Shown: positions 30,727 through 40,722, counted from the first letter of the stretch. The stretch: 64,000 nucleotides of DNA from an uncultured Thermoleophilia bacterium (GCA_963702475.1 CAVPCT010000004.1:384001-448000), one strand, 5' to 3'. The notes: generated from the letters alone by a model not told the origin. Made by a program: numbers and translations.

Positions 30727-30966
30727 TTAGCCGTTGCTCAGGATCCCGCTTGCGCTCTTACAGGCGTGGCAGGCGCCGTCGCAGCCCAGCGTCACCACGG
30801 TGAGGCATCGCGGGCAGCGGAGCACCGGTGCATCGGGTGTGAAGCCGCAGGTGGCGCAAGCCGGCAGACACGCCACCCGAGAGGGAGGCGCGCCCCGTGC
30901 GGCCGTCGTGAAGGCGACGGGCAGCGGCGCGGCGCCCGATGCTCCGCCGCGCGTACGCCGCTTCAC
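30727..30966 (-). CDS. Small Cys-rich protein downstream of feoB (79 aa)
   Basis: GTG overlaps the feoB stop; CATC...CPRC...CDGACHAC. Confidence 0.65.
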   Translation of the reverse strand: MKRRTRGGASGAAPLPVAFTTAARGAPPSRVACLPACATCGFTPDAPVLRCPRCLTVVTLGCDGACHACKSASGILSNG

Positions 30967-32909
30967 AGCAGCCCCGCGATCTGCGCCACCACGCCGCCGA
31001 CGACGAACGCCAGCCCGATGCTGCCGAGCCAGGCGAAGGCGGTGAAGGCCTTGCCGCGCTCCTTCATGATCACGAGCACGGAGGCGATGCAGGGCACGAA
31101 GAGCGTGATGGTGACGAGCGCGACGAGGATCTGCGTGCTCGTCAGGTGCAGGTCGTACAGACCGGCGGCTCCGAAGTCGCGGCGCACGAAGCCCATGACG
31201 AAGGCGTTGGCCGCGTCTGCCGGCAGCCGCAGCCATCCTACGGTGAGCGGCGTGAGCACGTTCTGCAGCCAGGTCAGGGCCCCGGTGATGCTCAGCACGC
31301 TGAGCAGCAGGGCGCCGGCCGCGAAGTACAGGACGACCTCCTTCATGAACATCAGCGTCTTGTGCCAGGTCTTGGTGAGCACGTTGCGCGGCCGCGGCAG
31401 ACGCATGGGCGGCAGGTCGATGAAGAGGTCGGTCGACCTGCCCGGCAGGAAGTGGGCCATCAGGCGGCCGATCAAGCCGAAGACGAGCACCATGATGACG
31501 GTGTAGGCGAACGCCACCGCGCCACCGGCCGCCCCGAGCAGGGCGATGATCACGCCGAGCTGGGCGGAACAGGGGATGGCGAACGCCATCAGGGCGGTCG
31601 CGATGCGCCGCTCGCGCTCGTTACCGAGGATGCGCGTGGTGATCGTGGCCATGGTGATGCAGCCGAAGCCGAGGATGATGGGGACGATGGCGCGGCCGTT
31701 CAGGCCGATGCCCGTCATCAGCCTGTCCGAGAGCGCGGCGATGCGCGGCAGGTAGCCGGAGTCCTCGAGGGTGGAGAGCAGCAGGTAGAAGGCGAGGACG
31801 AGCGGGAGCAACAGGCCGAAGACGTACGTGACGGTCATGGTCACGACGCCGAACTCCCCGGCGAGGATCTCGTAGGCAGGCCCGGAGGTGCCGGTCACCT
31901 GTGCGATGAGGTCGCGCAGGAAGGGCTCGACGTAGCCGACCATGAGCACGCCTTCGGTGAAGCCGACCACGTTGCCGGCCACGAACACGCCGATCACCTG
32001 GTACATGAGGAACAGCGTGAGCGCCAGGGCCGGGATACCGGTGAGCGGGCGCACGAGGGCGTCGCCCAGCCGGCGGCGGAAGCTGTGGCCCAGGTCCGGC
32101 TGGCTGACGACCTGGGCCAGGACGTCGTTCACGCGACGACGCCTGTCCATGTAGACGTCGTCGCGCAGGCCCGAGGACTCAAGCCCGTGGCGTGCCGTCA
32201 CCACGGGGTCGTCCTCAAGGGCCAGCAGGGCGGCAGGGCGGGAGCCTCCGGTCTGCGCCGCGAGCGCCGCCAGGCGCTCCTGCAGGCCCGGGTCGGAGAC
32301 GCCGGGCTCGGCGGCGTCCAGGGCGCGGCGCACGTCACCGAAGCCCGCGCCGGTCGGCGCCACCGTCGGCACGACGGTCACGCCGAGCAGGGAGGAGAGG
32401 CGCTCGGCGTCGATGTGCACGCCCTGCGCCTCCGCCTCGTCCATCATGTTCAGCGCGACCACTACCGGGATGCCCATGTCGATGACCTGCTGCGTCAGGA
32501 ACAGGTCGCGCTCGAGGTGCACGGCGTCCACCACGTTCACGAGAGCGTCGGCTTCCAGGACGATGTCCCGAGCCACGGTCTCCTCGTCGTTGAACGACGA
32601 GACACCGTAGATGCCGGGCGTGTCCAGCACCACGTCGTCGCCCATCCGCCCGCTGGAGACCGCCACAGTCGTCCCCGGGAAGTTCGAGACGTCCACGTAC
32701 AGACCCGTGAACGCGTTGAAGAACAGCGACTTGCCGACGTTGGGGTTGCCGACCAGGACGACCTTGCGGGCGCCGGCCGGGGCGTGGACGGTCTTCGTAC
32801 CGCAGCACGTCGCGGCGGCGGACAGGTCCCTCGCCTGCGCCGCCCCGGTCGCCGTGTCGCCTCCGCCATCCCTCCTCGCCGGCCGCTCGGCGAGCTCCGC
32901 GGGCGTCAT
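30963..32909 (-). CDS. feoB: Ferrous iron transporter B
   Basis: GNPNVGKS, NFPGTTV, DTPGIY, NMMD, LEDSGYLPR, GFGC, PCSAQ, PCIA. Confidence 0.96.
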   Translation of the reverse strand: MTPAELAERPARRDGGGDTATGAAQARDLSAAATCCGTKTVHAPAGARKVVLVGNPNVGKSLFFNAFTGLYVDVSNFPGTTVAVSSGRMGDDVVLDTPGIYGVSSFNDEETVARDIVLEADALVNVVDAVHLERDLFLTQQVIDMGIPVVVALNMMDEAEAQGVHIDAERLSSLLGVTVVPTVAPTGAGFGDVRRALDAAEPGVSDPGLQERLAALAAQTGGSRPAALLALEDDPVVTARHGLESSGLRDDVYMDRRRRVNDVLAQVVSQPDLGHSFRRRLGDALVRPLTGIPALALTLFLMYQVIGVFVAGNVVGFTEGVLMVGYVEPFLRDLIAQVTGTSGPAYEILAGEFGVVTMTVTYVFGLLLPLVLAFYLLLSTLEDSGYLPRIAALSDRLMTGIGLNGRAIVPIILGFGCITMATITTRILGNERERRIATALMAFAIPCSAQLGVIIALLGAAGGAVAFAYTVIMVLVFGLIGRLMAHFLPGRSTDLFIDLPPMRLPRPRNVLTKTWHKTLMFMKEVVLYFAAGALLLSVLSITGALTWLQNVLTPLTVGWLRLPADAANAFVMGFVRRDFGAAGLYDLHLTSTQILVALVTITLFVPCIASVLVIMKERGKAFTAFAWLGSIGLAFVVGGVVAQIAGLL

Positions 32910-33133
32910 GCGGACGCCACTTCTTCGACGCGGATACGGCGCGCCAGCCCGCGTCCCAAGCAGATCTCCTGGCGGCAGTGATGCACGAGCACGGGCCCGA
33001 GTGGCAGCGTCTCGGCGGAGTCGATCACGGCGCCTTCACCGATGCCGAAGCGCGTGCACTGCGCGCGGCAGGTGTCGTCTTCTATGCAGAGGATCCGCAC
33101 ACGGCGGCCACGCTTTGCGTCGAGGAGGGTCAT
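32906..33133 (-). CDS. feoA: FeoA
   Basis: MTLLD..RFGIGEG...PLGPV..EICLGRGLARRIRVE, coupled to feoB. Confidence 0.9.
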   Translation of the reverse strand: MTLLDAKRGRRVRILCIEDDTCRAQCTRFGIGEGAVIDSAETLPLGPVLVHHCRQEICLGRGLARRIRVEEVASA

Positions 33134-33142
33134 GCAGGCTCC

Positions 33143-33201
33143 GTTAGGTTTGCCTAACATACACAGTTAGGTGAGGATAACGGCACATCGCGGGGTGTCA
33201 A
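33143..33201. promoter_or_regulatory. Two DtxR/IdeR-family-like boxes over the feoA promoter
   Basis: GTTAGG-TTTG-CCTAAC (33143-33158) and GTTAGGTGAGGATAAC (33166-33181); minus-strand TTGACA (33201-33196)-N16-TATCCT overlaps the second box. Confidence 0.72.
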
Positions 33202-33416
33202 GTTGACGCTGGTCAAGCCGGGTGCGGCGAGTCCCGGGCCTGCGGCCGGGGACCAGGCCCGCGGATCGCGCTCGTCCTCACGGGCCGGCGCGTCTTTCGG
33301 TCCTTGTCCCGCTCCGGCGCTGGTGGGACGATTTCCCGAAGGGCAGAGGTCCGGCGAGAGCGCAGGAGGAGACAAACACGAGCCATCAGCATCGTGGAAA
33401 GCGTGAGGATCGCGTA

Positions 33417-34787
33417 GTGAGCCCCGGCGGGAGCGGGCCGGTGCCGCTCGACCACGCCTGCAACGAGCTCTTCTGTACGCCGGATCCGGCGGCGGATCTG
33501 GGCTTCGCCCCGCCGCCCGACATCGCCGCCGACGCCCGTGCGCACGGGGTCGCCTCGTTCTTCGGCGACCTGTTCTCGCGCGAGTTGCTGCGCTACCTCG
33601 GTCCGGGCTTCATCGTCACCATCGGCTTCATCGACCCCGGCAACTGGGCGACCAACATCGCCGGCGGCTCCGAGTTCGGCTACACGCTGCTGTGGGTCGT
33701 CTCGCTGAGCACCCTCATGCTCATCTTCTTGCAGCACCTCTCGGCGAAGCTCGGCATCGTCACGGGCCACTCGCTTGCCGCCAACATCCGCGCCAAGCTC
33801 CCGAAGCCGGTCGTGTGGCTCGCCGGGGTGACCATCGTGCTCGCCTGCATGGCCACCGACCTCGCCGAGTACCTCGGCGCTGCGCTCGGCTTCTACCTGC
33901 TCTTCGGCCTGCCGCTCTGGATCGGCGCCCCTCTCACCGTAGGGATCGTCTTCGTCGCCATACTCGGGCAGCAGTACCATCGCCTCGAGCGCATGATCGT
34001 CGTGTTCCTCGCCGTGATCGCCGCCTGCTACGTCGTCGAGCTGTTCCTGGTCCATCCGGACTGGGCGGCTGCGGCGCCCCGGTGGGTCATCCCGTCCGTG
34101 GACGGCGCGAGCATACTCCTCGCGCTCGGCATGCTGGGGGCCATCGTGATGCCGCACAACATCTACGTGCACTCCAACGTCATCCAGTCGCGCGACTGGG
34201 ACCTTGCGCCGGAGCGCCGCCGCCGGCTCATGAACTACGAGTTGATAGACACCAGCCTGGCCATGGGCATGGGTTGGCTGGTGAACTCCGCGATGATCAT
34301 CGTGGCGGCGGCGGTCTTCTTCACGGCCGGTGTGACCGTGACCAGCATCGAGCAGGCCTCCGAGACGCTGGAGCCGCTGGTCGGCCCGCTCTCACAGTTC
34401 CTCTTCGGCATCGCGCTGCTTTTCGCGGGCGTCGCGTCGTCGGTCACGTCGTCGCTCGCCGAGGCCAACGTGGTCACCGGCTACCTGGGCAAGCCTGAGG
34501 ACCCTCGCAGCCGCGCCTACAGGATCGGCCTGGTCGTGACGTCGCTCCCCGCCATGTTCGTGATCGCTCTGGGGGTGGACTCGTACAAAGCGCTCATCGT
34601 GAGCCAGGTGCTCCTCAGCATCCAATTGCCGTTTACCATCGTCCCGCTGCTCTGGCTGTCCCGCAGCAAGCGGGTCATGGGCGGGTACCGTATGAACGTC
34701 CCGCAACTGCTGGTCGGCATCGCCCTTGCGGCGGTCATCATCGGTTTGAACGTGTACCTCCTCTACCAGCTCTTCTTCGGAGACTGA
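33417..34787 (+). CDS. mntH: Nramp-family divalent metal transporter
   Basis: GFIDPGNWATN, MPHNIYVHS, SQVLLSIQLPF; start uncertain. Confidence 0.93.
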   Translation: MSPGGSGPVPLDHACNELFCTPDPAADLGFAPPPDIAADARAHGVASFFGDLFSRELLRYLGPGFIVTIGFIDPGNWATNIAGGSEFGYTLLWVVSLSTLMLIFLQHLSAKLGIVTGHSLAANIRAKLPKPVVWLAGVTIVLACMATDLAEYLGAALGFYLLFGLPLWIGAPLTVGIVFVAILGQQYHRLERMIVVFLAVIAACYVVELFLVHPDWAAAAPRWVIPSVDGASILLALGMLGAIVMPHNIYVHSNVIQSRDWDLAPERRRRLMNYELIDTSLAMGMGWLVNSAMIIVAAAVFFTAGVTVTSIEQASETLEPLVGPLSQFLFGIALLFAGVASSVTSSLAEANVVTGYLGKPEDPRSRAYRIGLVVTSLPAMFVIALGVDSYKALIVSQVLLSIQLPFTIVPLLWLSRSKRVMGGYRMNVPQLLVGIALAAVIIGLNVYLLYQLFFGD

Positions 34788-34788
34788 C

Positions 34789-35214
34789 ATGGGCATCTAC
34801 GAGCGCATCCTCGTGCCGGTGGAAGGGACCGAGACGGACGGCCCGGTGCTGGAACACATCGCCGGACTGGCTTCCCTTTGCGGAGCCGAGGTCACGCTTC
34901 TGCGCGTGGCGCATTACCACACGCGCGACGAGCGCACGTGCGAGCTCGAAGACGCCGAGGCCGACCTGGAACGCGCCGCGGAGGTGCTGCGCGGCCGCGG
35001 CGTCACCGTGCGCACACTCATCGCGCACGGCGAGCCCGCGGAGGTCATCCTGGCGCAGGCGGCCGAGCTGAAACCCGACCTCATCGCCATGGCGACGCAC
35101 GGGCATGGGTGGGCCAAGCGCATCGTGCTGGGAAGCGTGGCCGACCACGTCCGTCATAACAGCGACGTCCCGTTGCTGCTGATCAAGCGTCGCGGCACAG
35201 AGACCACTGCCTGA
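34789..35214 (+). CDS. Universal stress protein
   Basis: ILVPVEG, GEPAEVIL, DLIAMATHG...VLGSVA..V. Confidence 0.92.
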   Translation: MGIYERILVPVEGTETDGPVLEHIAGLASLCGAEVTLLRVAHYHTRDERTCELEDAEADLERAAEVLRGRGVTVRTLIAHGEPAEVILAQAAELKPDLIAMATHGHGWAKRIVLGSVADHVRHNSDVPLLLIKRRGTETTA

Positions 35215-35320
35215 CAGTCTCGCCGACGCCCGGCTCTGCGGGCGGCACGGCGGCAGCACCGGCAGGCTGGGGCCCACGGATCGGCGGCTGGGAAGCGGCC
35301 GGCCGATATACTCACCCGAC

Positions 35321-36091
35321 ATGCACAGGCTCGCCCTCTTCGACATCGACTGCACGCTGATCGACGCGCACGGCGCCGGCGGCCGCGCCATCATGCACGC
35401 CATCCGCGACGTGTACGGCGTCGACGGCGAGCTCGGCGACTACAGCTTCCATGGGCGCACCGACCCCGGCATCATCCGCGACCTGGCCGACCTGTGGGGG
35501 GCGGCCGACCCCGAGGCCGTCGTCGGCCGTTACGAGGGTGAGACGCAGCCGCAGGTGGTCCACGACCTGGCGGAGCGGCTGGGCACGCCTGCCGACGTCA
35601 TCGACGCTCGCGTGGAGGAGTGCATCGCGCACTACCTCGCGCTGCTCAAGGACGAGGTCGCCCGAGGGCGCATCGAGCTCCTGCCCGGCGTCGCGGAGCT
35701 CGTCAGGGCGCTCGCAGGGGACGAGCGCGTGACGCTCGGCCTGCTCACCGGCAACGTGGCCGAGGGGGCCCGCATCAAGCTCGAGCCGACGGGCCTCTGG
35801 CCGTGCTTCGAGGTGGCCGCCTTCGGCTCGGACTCGGGCTTTCGTCCCGATCTGCCCGCGGTCGCCGTCGCCCGCGCGCAGGAGCTGACCGGGCGCCGCT
35901 TCACCGGCAGGGAGGTCGCTGTGATCGGCGACACGCCGGCCGACGTGGAGTGCGGCGCCTCGCTCGGCGTCAAGGCCATCGCCGTGGCAACCGGCCGGCA
36001 CGGCGTCGAGGAGCTCGCGGCGCACCATCCCGACCACCTGTTCGACGACTTCAGCGACTGGCGCGCGGCGTACCGGGCCATCCTGGCCTGA
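35321..36091 (+). CDS. HAD-family hydrolase
   Basis: LFDIDCTL, LLTGN, IGDTPADV, AVATG; leaderless TATACT upstream. Confidence 0.9.
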   Translation: MHRLALFDIDCTLIDAHGAGGRAIMHAIRDVYGVDGELGDYSFHGRTDPGIIRDLADLWGAADPEAVVGRYEGETQPQVVHDLAERLGTPADVIDARVEECIAHYLALLKDEVARGRIELLPGVAELVRALAGDERVTLGLLTGNVAEGARIKLEPTGLWPCFEVAAFGSDSGFRPDLPAVAVARAQELTGRRFTGREVAVIGDTPADVECGASLGVKAIAVATGRHGVEELAAHHPDHLFDDFSDWRAAYRAILA

Positions 36092-36264
36092 CGGGTCCGC
36101 GCGCCGGCGCGTCCTCGTCCACGCGCGGCCGGCAGAAGGTCCGCGCACAGCGGGCCGCGCTCTCTCACACGCCTGACCGCACGCTCACTCCCCGCACACA
36201 CGTCCAGGCCACACTCCTCTCGTTCGCGCGGCGCAGCCGCGAAGCTCCCAGGAGGTCGATCGAC

Positions 36265-36804
36265 GTGGACGAGACTGTGGCTGCGGCCGGCGGACCGCGG
36301 CGCGCAAGCGGCGACGCGGGGGACGCGAAGCGGCTCGCCTTCGTGACGGCCGCCACCGGTGAGCTCTCCCGCGGATGGCCCGAGGCCCCCGCGCCGTTTT
36401 CCGACGACCCTCACTGCAGCTCGACAGGACCTGCGCGTACGCACGGTCGTGCCCTGCCCGCCTGCCCGACGGTCCCGATCCTGAGGACGGGGCATGCTTC
36501 GGCGCCCGACAGGAGCGCCCCGGCTGCGCGGCGGTCTCGGGCCGTAGTCCGCCACCTGCCTGCCTCGACGCGCGGTCTGGTCGTGAGCATGCTGTTCCTG
36601 GCCGTCCTCACGACGTGTGCCGCGCTCGCGGTCGCCGCGTTCATTGCTCCTCCGCGGCCGGCGGGAGCTGACTCGTCATCGTCCCTTCAGCGGGAGCGTA
36701 CGCCCCTTTCACGAGAACCTCACACGCGTCGCTCATCCGGCTCACCGGTCCCTAACGGAGGCGGACAAGACTCGCGGCAGACGCCGCCGGGGGCGGCGCT
36801 TTGA
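36265..36804 (+). CDS. Possible single-TM hypothetical protein
   Basis: AGGAGG RBS + GTG and one hydrophobic helix (LVVSMLFLAVLTTCAALAVAAFI); weak codon bias, and the 3' end overlaps PHO boxes. Confidence 0.35.
   Translation: MDETVAAAGGPRRASGDAGDAKRLAFVTAATGELSRGWPEAPAPFSDDPHCSSTGPARTHGRALPACPTVPILRTGHASAPDRSAPAARRSRAVVRHLPASTRGLVVSMLFLAVLTTCAALAVAAFIAPPRPAGADSSSSLQRERTPLSREPHTRRSSGSPVPNGGGQDSRQTPPGAAL
36707..36772 (+). promoter_or_regulatory. PHO-box-type repeats and -10 upstream of PHP gene
   Basis: Units at 36707 TTTCAC, 36718 CCTCAC, 36740 GCTCAC, 36751 CCTAAC (11-nt phase); AAGACT at 36767. Confidence 0.65.
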
Positions 36805-36827
36805 CCCGTGAAAGGAGACACCAGGAG

Positions 36828-38522
36828 ATGAAGAACCGGCGCACGAGGACGCTGCGACGCACAGTGGTGATCGCGGTGGCCGCCGCAGCGACCACCCTCA
36901 TGCTGGCCGCCTCAGCAGGCGCGGCCGTCAAGGAGCTCACGACGCAGTCACCCGTCAAGCAGAGCCCGACCACCGGCAAGTGGCTGTCCGGCGACCTCCA
37001 CACCCACACGTGGCTCACGGACGGCAAGAACACGCAGATCGAGGTGCTCCGCAACGCCTTCGAGTTCGGTCTCGACTACTTCGCCAACTCCGAGCACGGC
37101 GGACAGTACAACGGTGTCCCGAGCGGGCTGACCACGTTCGTGTCCCCCGTGTGGCGGTGGCTGACGCTCACCGACTACTCCTTCCCCATCATTCTGGACG
37201 CCCGCTCGCTCTATCCCGAGAAGCAGCTGATCCAGGGCGTCGAGTGGAACGTGCCGACCCACGAGCACGCCAGCGTCGGCATCGTCGGTCCCGGCAACGA
37301 GCCGTACGGCATCAGCGTCTTCGAGTATCGCTTCGACGCGAAGGACACCGACACGAGCCGTGCCGGCGAGGCCCAGAAGGAGGTCTCGCACACCGAGACC
37401 GACACCGCCGGACACCCCGTCAAGGTCGTCGACCTCCCGGCCGTGTCCATGGACAAGCTCAACATGAGCCAGAGCGACATGCTCTCCGCCGTCAGGTGGC
37501 TCGACGAGAACTACAGCAGCGACGCATACATGCTGGTCAATCATCCGTCGCGCGCCCAGAAATGGCACGTGGGCGACTTCCGCGCCCTCAACGACGCCTC
37601 CCCCGAGGTCTGCTTCGGCATGGAGGGCCTGCCGGGTCACCAGCCCGACCTCTACGGCCGTGGCGGGTACGACTACGACTTCGAAGACCCGGCAGTGGAG
37701 GCGCGGGCGCGCACCTACGGCGGCGCCGACTGGATGACCGCCAAGGTGGGAGGCCTGTGGGACTCTCTCCTGGGTGAGGGGCGCAACTGGTGGATCGTGA
37801 ACAACAGCGACTACCACCGCTACTCGACGAACTACAGCTCCGGCGGTGCCTTCTACGCGACGCAGTACTACGATTTCTGGCCGGGCGAATACAACAAGAC
37901 CTGGACGTACGCCACCGACATGACCACCCAGGGCGTCGTCACCGCCGCACGGTCGGGCAACGCCTTCGTGGTGAACGGAGACCTGATCGACGGGCTCTCG
38001 TTCAAGGTCGCGGACGGCAAGAAGACCGCCACCATGGGCGAGACTCTCAGCACCTCCCGTGGCAAGACCGTCACCGTCACCGTGTCGTACACGTCACCCA
38101 AGATGAACAACAACGGCGACCCGGTCGAGGTGGACCACATCGACCTGATCGTGGGGGACGTCACCGGCCCCATCAGCCCGCTGAGCCCCGACTACGCCAC
38201 CAAAGAGACCAACAGCTCCACCAAGGTCCTCACTACCTTCTCGACCTTCAAGCAGAAGAACGGCAGGATGACGGCCTCGTTCAAGGTCCCGATCGCCGGG
38301 TCCATGTACCTCCGCCTGCGCGGCACCAATCTGGCGGCGAACACGCCGAACCAGACCGATGCCCAGGGCAACCCTCTGGTCGACACGCTGACGTACAGCG
38401 ACGTGCCGAACCCGGACCCGAAGGCCGCAGCGACGACCCCCACCATCCGCGGCAACCTCCCGGCGATGTGCTGGGAGGACCTGTGGTTCTACTCCAACCC
38501 GATCTACATCAGCACGCCCTGA
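36828..38522 (+). CDS. Secreted PHP-domain (histidinol-phosphatase-like) metallophosphoesterase
   Basis: Signal peptide ending AGA; GDLHTHT, NSEHG, GVEWN..HEH, NHP, NNSDYH, C-terminal DLWFYSNPI. Confidence 0.82.
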   Translation: MKNRRTRTLRRTVVIAVAAAATTLMLAASAGAAVKELTTQSPVKQSPTTGKWLSGDLHTHTWLTDGKNTQIEVLRNAFEFGLDYFANSEHGGQYNGVPSGLTTFVSPVWRWLTLTDYSFPIILDARSLYPEKQLIQGVEWNVPTHEHASVGIVGPGNEPYGISVFEYRFDAKDTDTSRAGEAQKEVSHTETDTAGHPVKVVDLPAVSMDKLNMSQSDMLSAVRWLDENYSSDAYMLVNHPSRAQKWHVGDFRALNDASPEVCFGMEGLPGHQPDLYGRGGYDYDFEDPAVEARARTYGGADWMTAKVGGLWDSLLGEGRNWWIVNNSDYHRYSTNYSSGGAFYATQYYDFWPGEYNKTWTYATDMTTQGVVTAARSGNAFVVNGDLIDGLSFKVADGKKTATMGETLSTSRGKTVTVTVSYTSPKMNNNGDPVEVDHIDLIVGDVTGPISPLSPDYATKETNSSTKVLTTFSTFKQKNGRMTASFKVPIAGSMYLRLRGTNLAANTPNQTDAQGNPLVDTLTYSDVPNPDPKAAATTPTIRGNLPAMCWEDLWFYSNPIYISTP

Positions 38523-38650
38523 CGGGCGGCTGACCTTCAGCCCCCCTCAGCGGGTCGCGCGGGGCCGGTGTGCGTGAGCCGGCCCCGCGCGCCGCGCCCC
38601 TCGGGGTCGGTCGCGGGACCGCGCACAGGACCGGGCCGCGGAATCCTCTG

Positions 38651-39910
38651 TCAGCCGAACCGCCGCGGTGAGAGCGGCGAGAGGTCCAGCGAGGGTGAGC
38701 GGCCCCCGGCGAGCTCGGCCACGAGCCGGCCGGTCACCGGCCCCAGCGACAGGCCGAGCATGCAGTGGCCGCTCGCGACGATGACCCGCTCGCGCCGCGG
38801 CACGCGCCCGACCACCGGCAGGCCGTCGGGCGTGACGGGCCGCGGCCCGCGCCAGAGCCGCGCCACCGGGCCGTCGGCAGGGATGCCCATCACGCGCTCG
38901 CCGGCCAGGCGCAGCCGCTGCACGCGTTCCCGGCGGATGCGCATGTCCCACCCGGCCAGCTCGAGCGAGCTGCCCAGGCGCAGCCGGTCGGCGAGCGGCG
39001 TGAGGACGGTCCAGGAGTCAGCGAGGTAGAGCGGCAGCTCGGGGAAGTCCGCCGGTCGGGCCACGTCTACGCTGTAGCCCTTGGCCGGCTCGATGGGCAG
39101 CGACAGACCCAGGGTCGCCGTGAGGGACGGCGTCCACGCCCCGGCGGCGAGCACGACCTGCTCGGCCACGAGGTCGCCCGCGGTCGTGAGCACGCGCACG
39201 CCGCCGGGGTCGGGCTCGACGGCGAGGACCTCGGCTCCGGTCCGCACCTCGGCGCCGTCGCGCGCGGCGCGGGCGGCCACGGCGCGCGTGAAGAGCGCCG
39301 GGTCCATGTGTCCGTCCTCGGTGTACCTGATGCCTCCCGCGAGCCGGCCGCGCGTCGCCGGGTACAGGGTCCTCACCTCGGCTTCGGAGAGCACGTCGGC
39401 GCGCACGCCGAGCGCCTTGGCGGCCTCGAGCTCCTCGAGCGCCTCGGCCCAGCCGACATCGCTCTCGTACATCTGCACCACACCGTCGTGGTGGTACGCC
39501 CAGCCCTCGCCGCCTTCGGCGGCGAGGGCGTCATGAAGCTCGGCGCTGGCCGTGTGCAGCGAGCGCAGGACGGGCGCGGAGGCCGCCGCGCGCGCAGGCG
39601 TGGCGGCGGCCCTGAACAGCCAGAGCCAGCGAAGCAGCGCCGCGTTCGGGCGCGGGGCGATGTAGAATGGACTGGAGCTGTCCAGGAGCCAGCGCAGCCC
39701 CCGGCCGAGAGCGCCGGGCGAAGCCAGAGGGACGCAGTCGCTCGGCACCAGCAGGCCGCAGTTGGCGTAGGCGCCGCAGGCCGGCGGGGCTATCTCCGAC
39801 TCCCGCTCGAGCAGCGTGACGGCGGCGCCGGCGGCCGCCAGCGCCTGGGCGGCGCAAGCCCCGACGGGCCCGCCGCCCACCACCACGATCTCCTTGCGCT
39901 CGTCCCTCAC
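38651..39910 (-). CDS. FAD-dependent D-amino acid dehydrogenase (DadA-like)
   Basis: VVGGGPVG FAD motif, ANCG, AAGAW, PAKGY, GPRPVTPDGLPVVG, SGHCMLG. Confidence 0.88.
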   Translation of the reverse strand: MRDERKEIVVVGGGPVGACAAQALAAAGAAVTLLERESEIAPPACGAYANCGLLVPSDCVPLASPGALGRGLRWLLDSSSPFYIAPRPNAALLRWLWLFRAAATPARAAASAPVLRSLHTASAELHDALAAEGGEGWAYHHDGVVQMYESDVGWAEALEELEAAKALGVRADVLSEAEVRTLYPATRGRLAGGIRYTEDGHMDPALFTRAVAARAARDGAEVRTGAEVLAVEPDPGGVRVLTTAGDLVAEQVVLAAGAWTPSLTATLGLSLPIEPAKGYSVDVARPADFPELPLYLADSWTVLTPLADRLRLGSSLELAGWDMRIRRERVQRLRLAGERVMGIPADGPVARLWRGPRPVTPDGLPVVGRVPRRERVIVASGHCMLGLSLGPVTGRLVAELAGGRSPSLDLSPLSPRRFG

Positions 39911-39949
39911 TCGTCGCCTTTCCGCCGCCGGCAGCCAGGTGGCCGTCCC

Positions 39950-39982
39950 GCTCACTTAGTTCTAACATCGAATGGCTAGACT
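39950..39982 (+). promoter_or_regulatory. PHO box and -10 of phoPR
   Basis: GCTCACTTAGT/TCTAACATCGA at 11-nt period; TAGACT at 39977. Confidence 0.65.
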
Positions 39983-40014
39983 CGCTCGCCGGAACCCCCG
40001 GAAGATCATGGACG

Positions 40015-40722
40015 GTGACTGTGGCCAGAGAGACGGTGCTCGTCGTCGACGACGAGCGCGACATCCTCGAGCTCGTCAAGTACAACCTCGACAAAGAGGG
40101 CTACCAGGTCACGACGGTCGCCACAGGTGAGGACGCACTCCTCGCCACCCGCAGCAAGATGCCGGACATCATCGTCCTCGATCTCATGCTGCCGGGCGTG
40201 GACGGTCTCGAGGTGTGCCGCCGGCTCAAGGTCGACCCCAAGACGAGCGACATCCCCATCGTCATGCTCACCGCCAAGGGTGACGAGGCCGACATCGTCA
40301 CGGGCCTGGAGCTCGGCGCGGCCGACTACGTCACCAAGCCGTTCAGCCCGCGCGTGCTCACGGCGCGCATACGCGCCGTGCTGCGCCGGGGCGAGTCCGG
40401 CGAGGCCACCGCCTCCGTCATCCACGTCAAGGACCTCGCCATCCACCCCGGCCGCCATCAGGTGACCGTGAGGGGCGAGCCGGTGGATCTCACGGCCAGC
40501 GAGTTCCGCATCATGCTGTTCCTGGCCAAGCGCCCCGGATGGGTGTTCACTAGACAGCAGATCGTGGACGCCTCCCAGGGAGACGACGTGTTCGTGAACG
40601 ACCGCTTCGTCACCGATCGTTCCGTCGATGTGCACATGGTGTCTCTGCGTCGGAAGCTCGGAGAGGCCGGCTCGTACATCGAGACGGTGCGCGGCGTGGG
40701 GTATCGGCTGCAGGACCAGTGA
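40015..40722 (+). CDS. phoP: PhoP/PhoB response regulator (OmpR family)
   Basis: VVDDE, LDLMLPG, MLTAK, DYVTKPF, winged helix IETVRGVGY; beside phoR and pst. Confidence 0.92.
   Translation: MTVARETVLVVDDERDILELVKYNLDKEGYQVTTVATGEDALLATRSKMPDIIVLDLMLPGVDGLEVCRRLKVDPKTSDIPIVMLTAKGDEADIVTGLELGAADYVTKPFSPRVLTARIRAVLRRGESGEATASVIHVKDLAIHPGRHQVTVRGEPVDLTASEFRIMLFLAKRPGWVFTRQQIVDASQGDDVFVNDRFVTDRSVDVHMVSLRRKLGEAGSYIETVRGVGYRLQDQ

Noticed and set aside
33166-33300. GTTAGGTGAGG resembling the start of an M-box (ykoK) riboswitch upstream of mntH
   Set aside because: The rest of the M-box consensus is absent; better explained as the second DtxR-like box.
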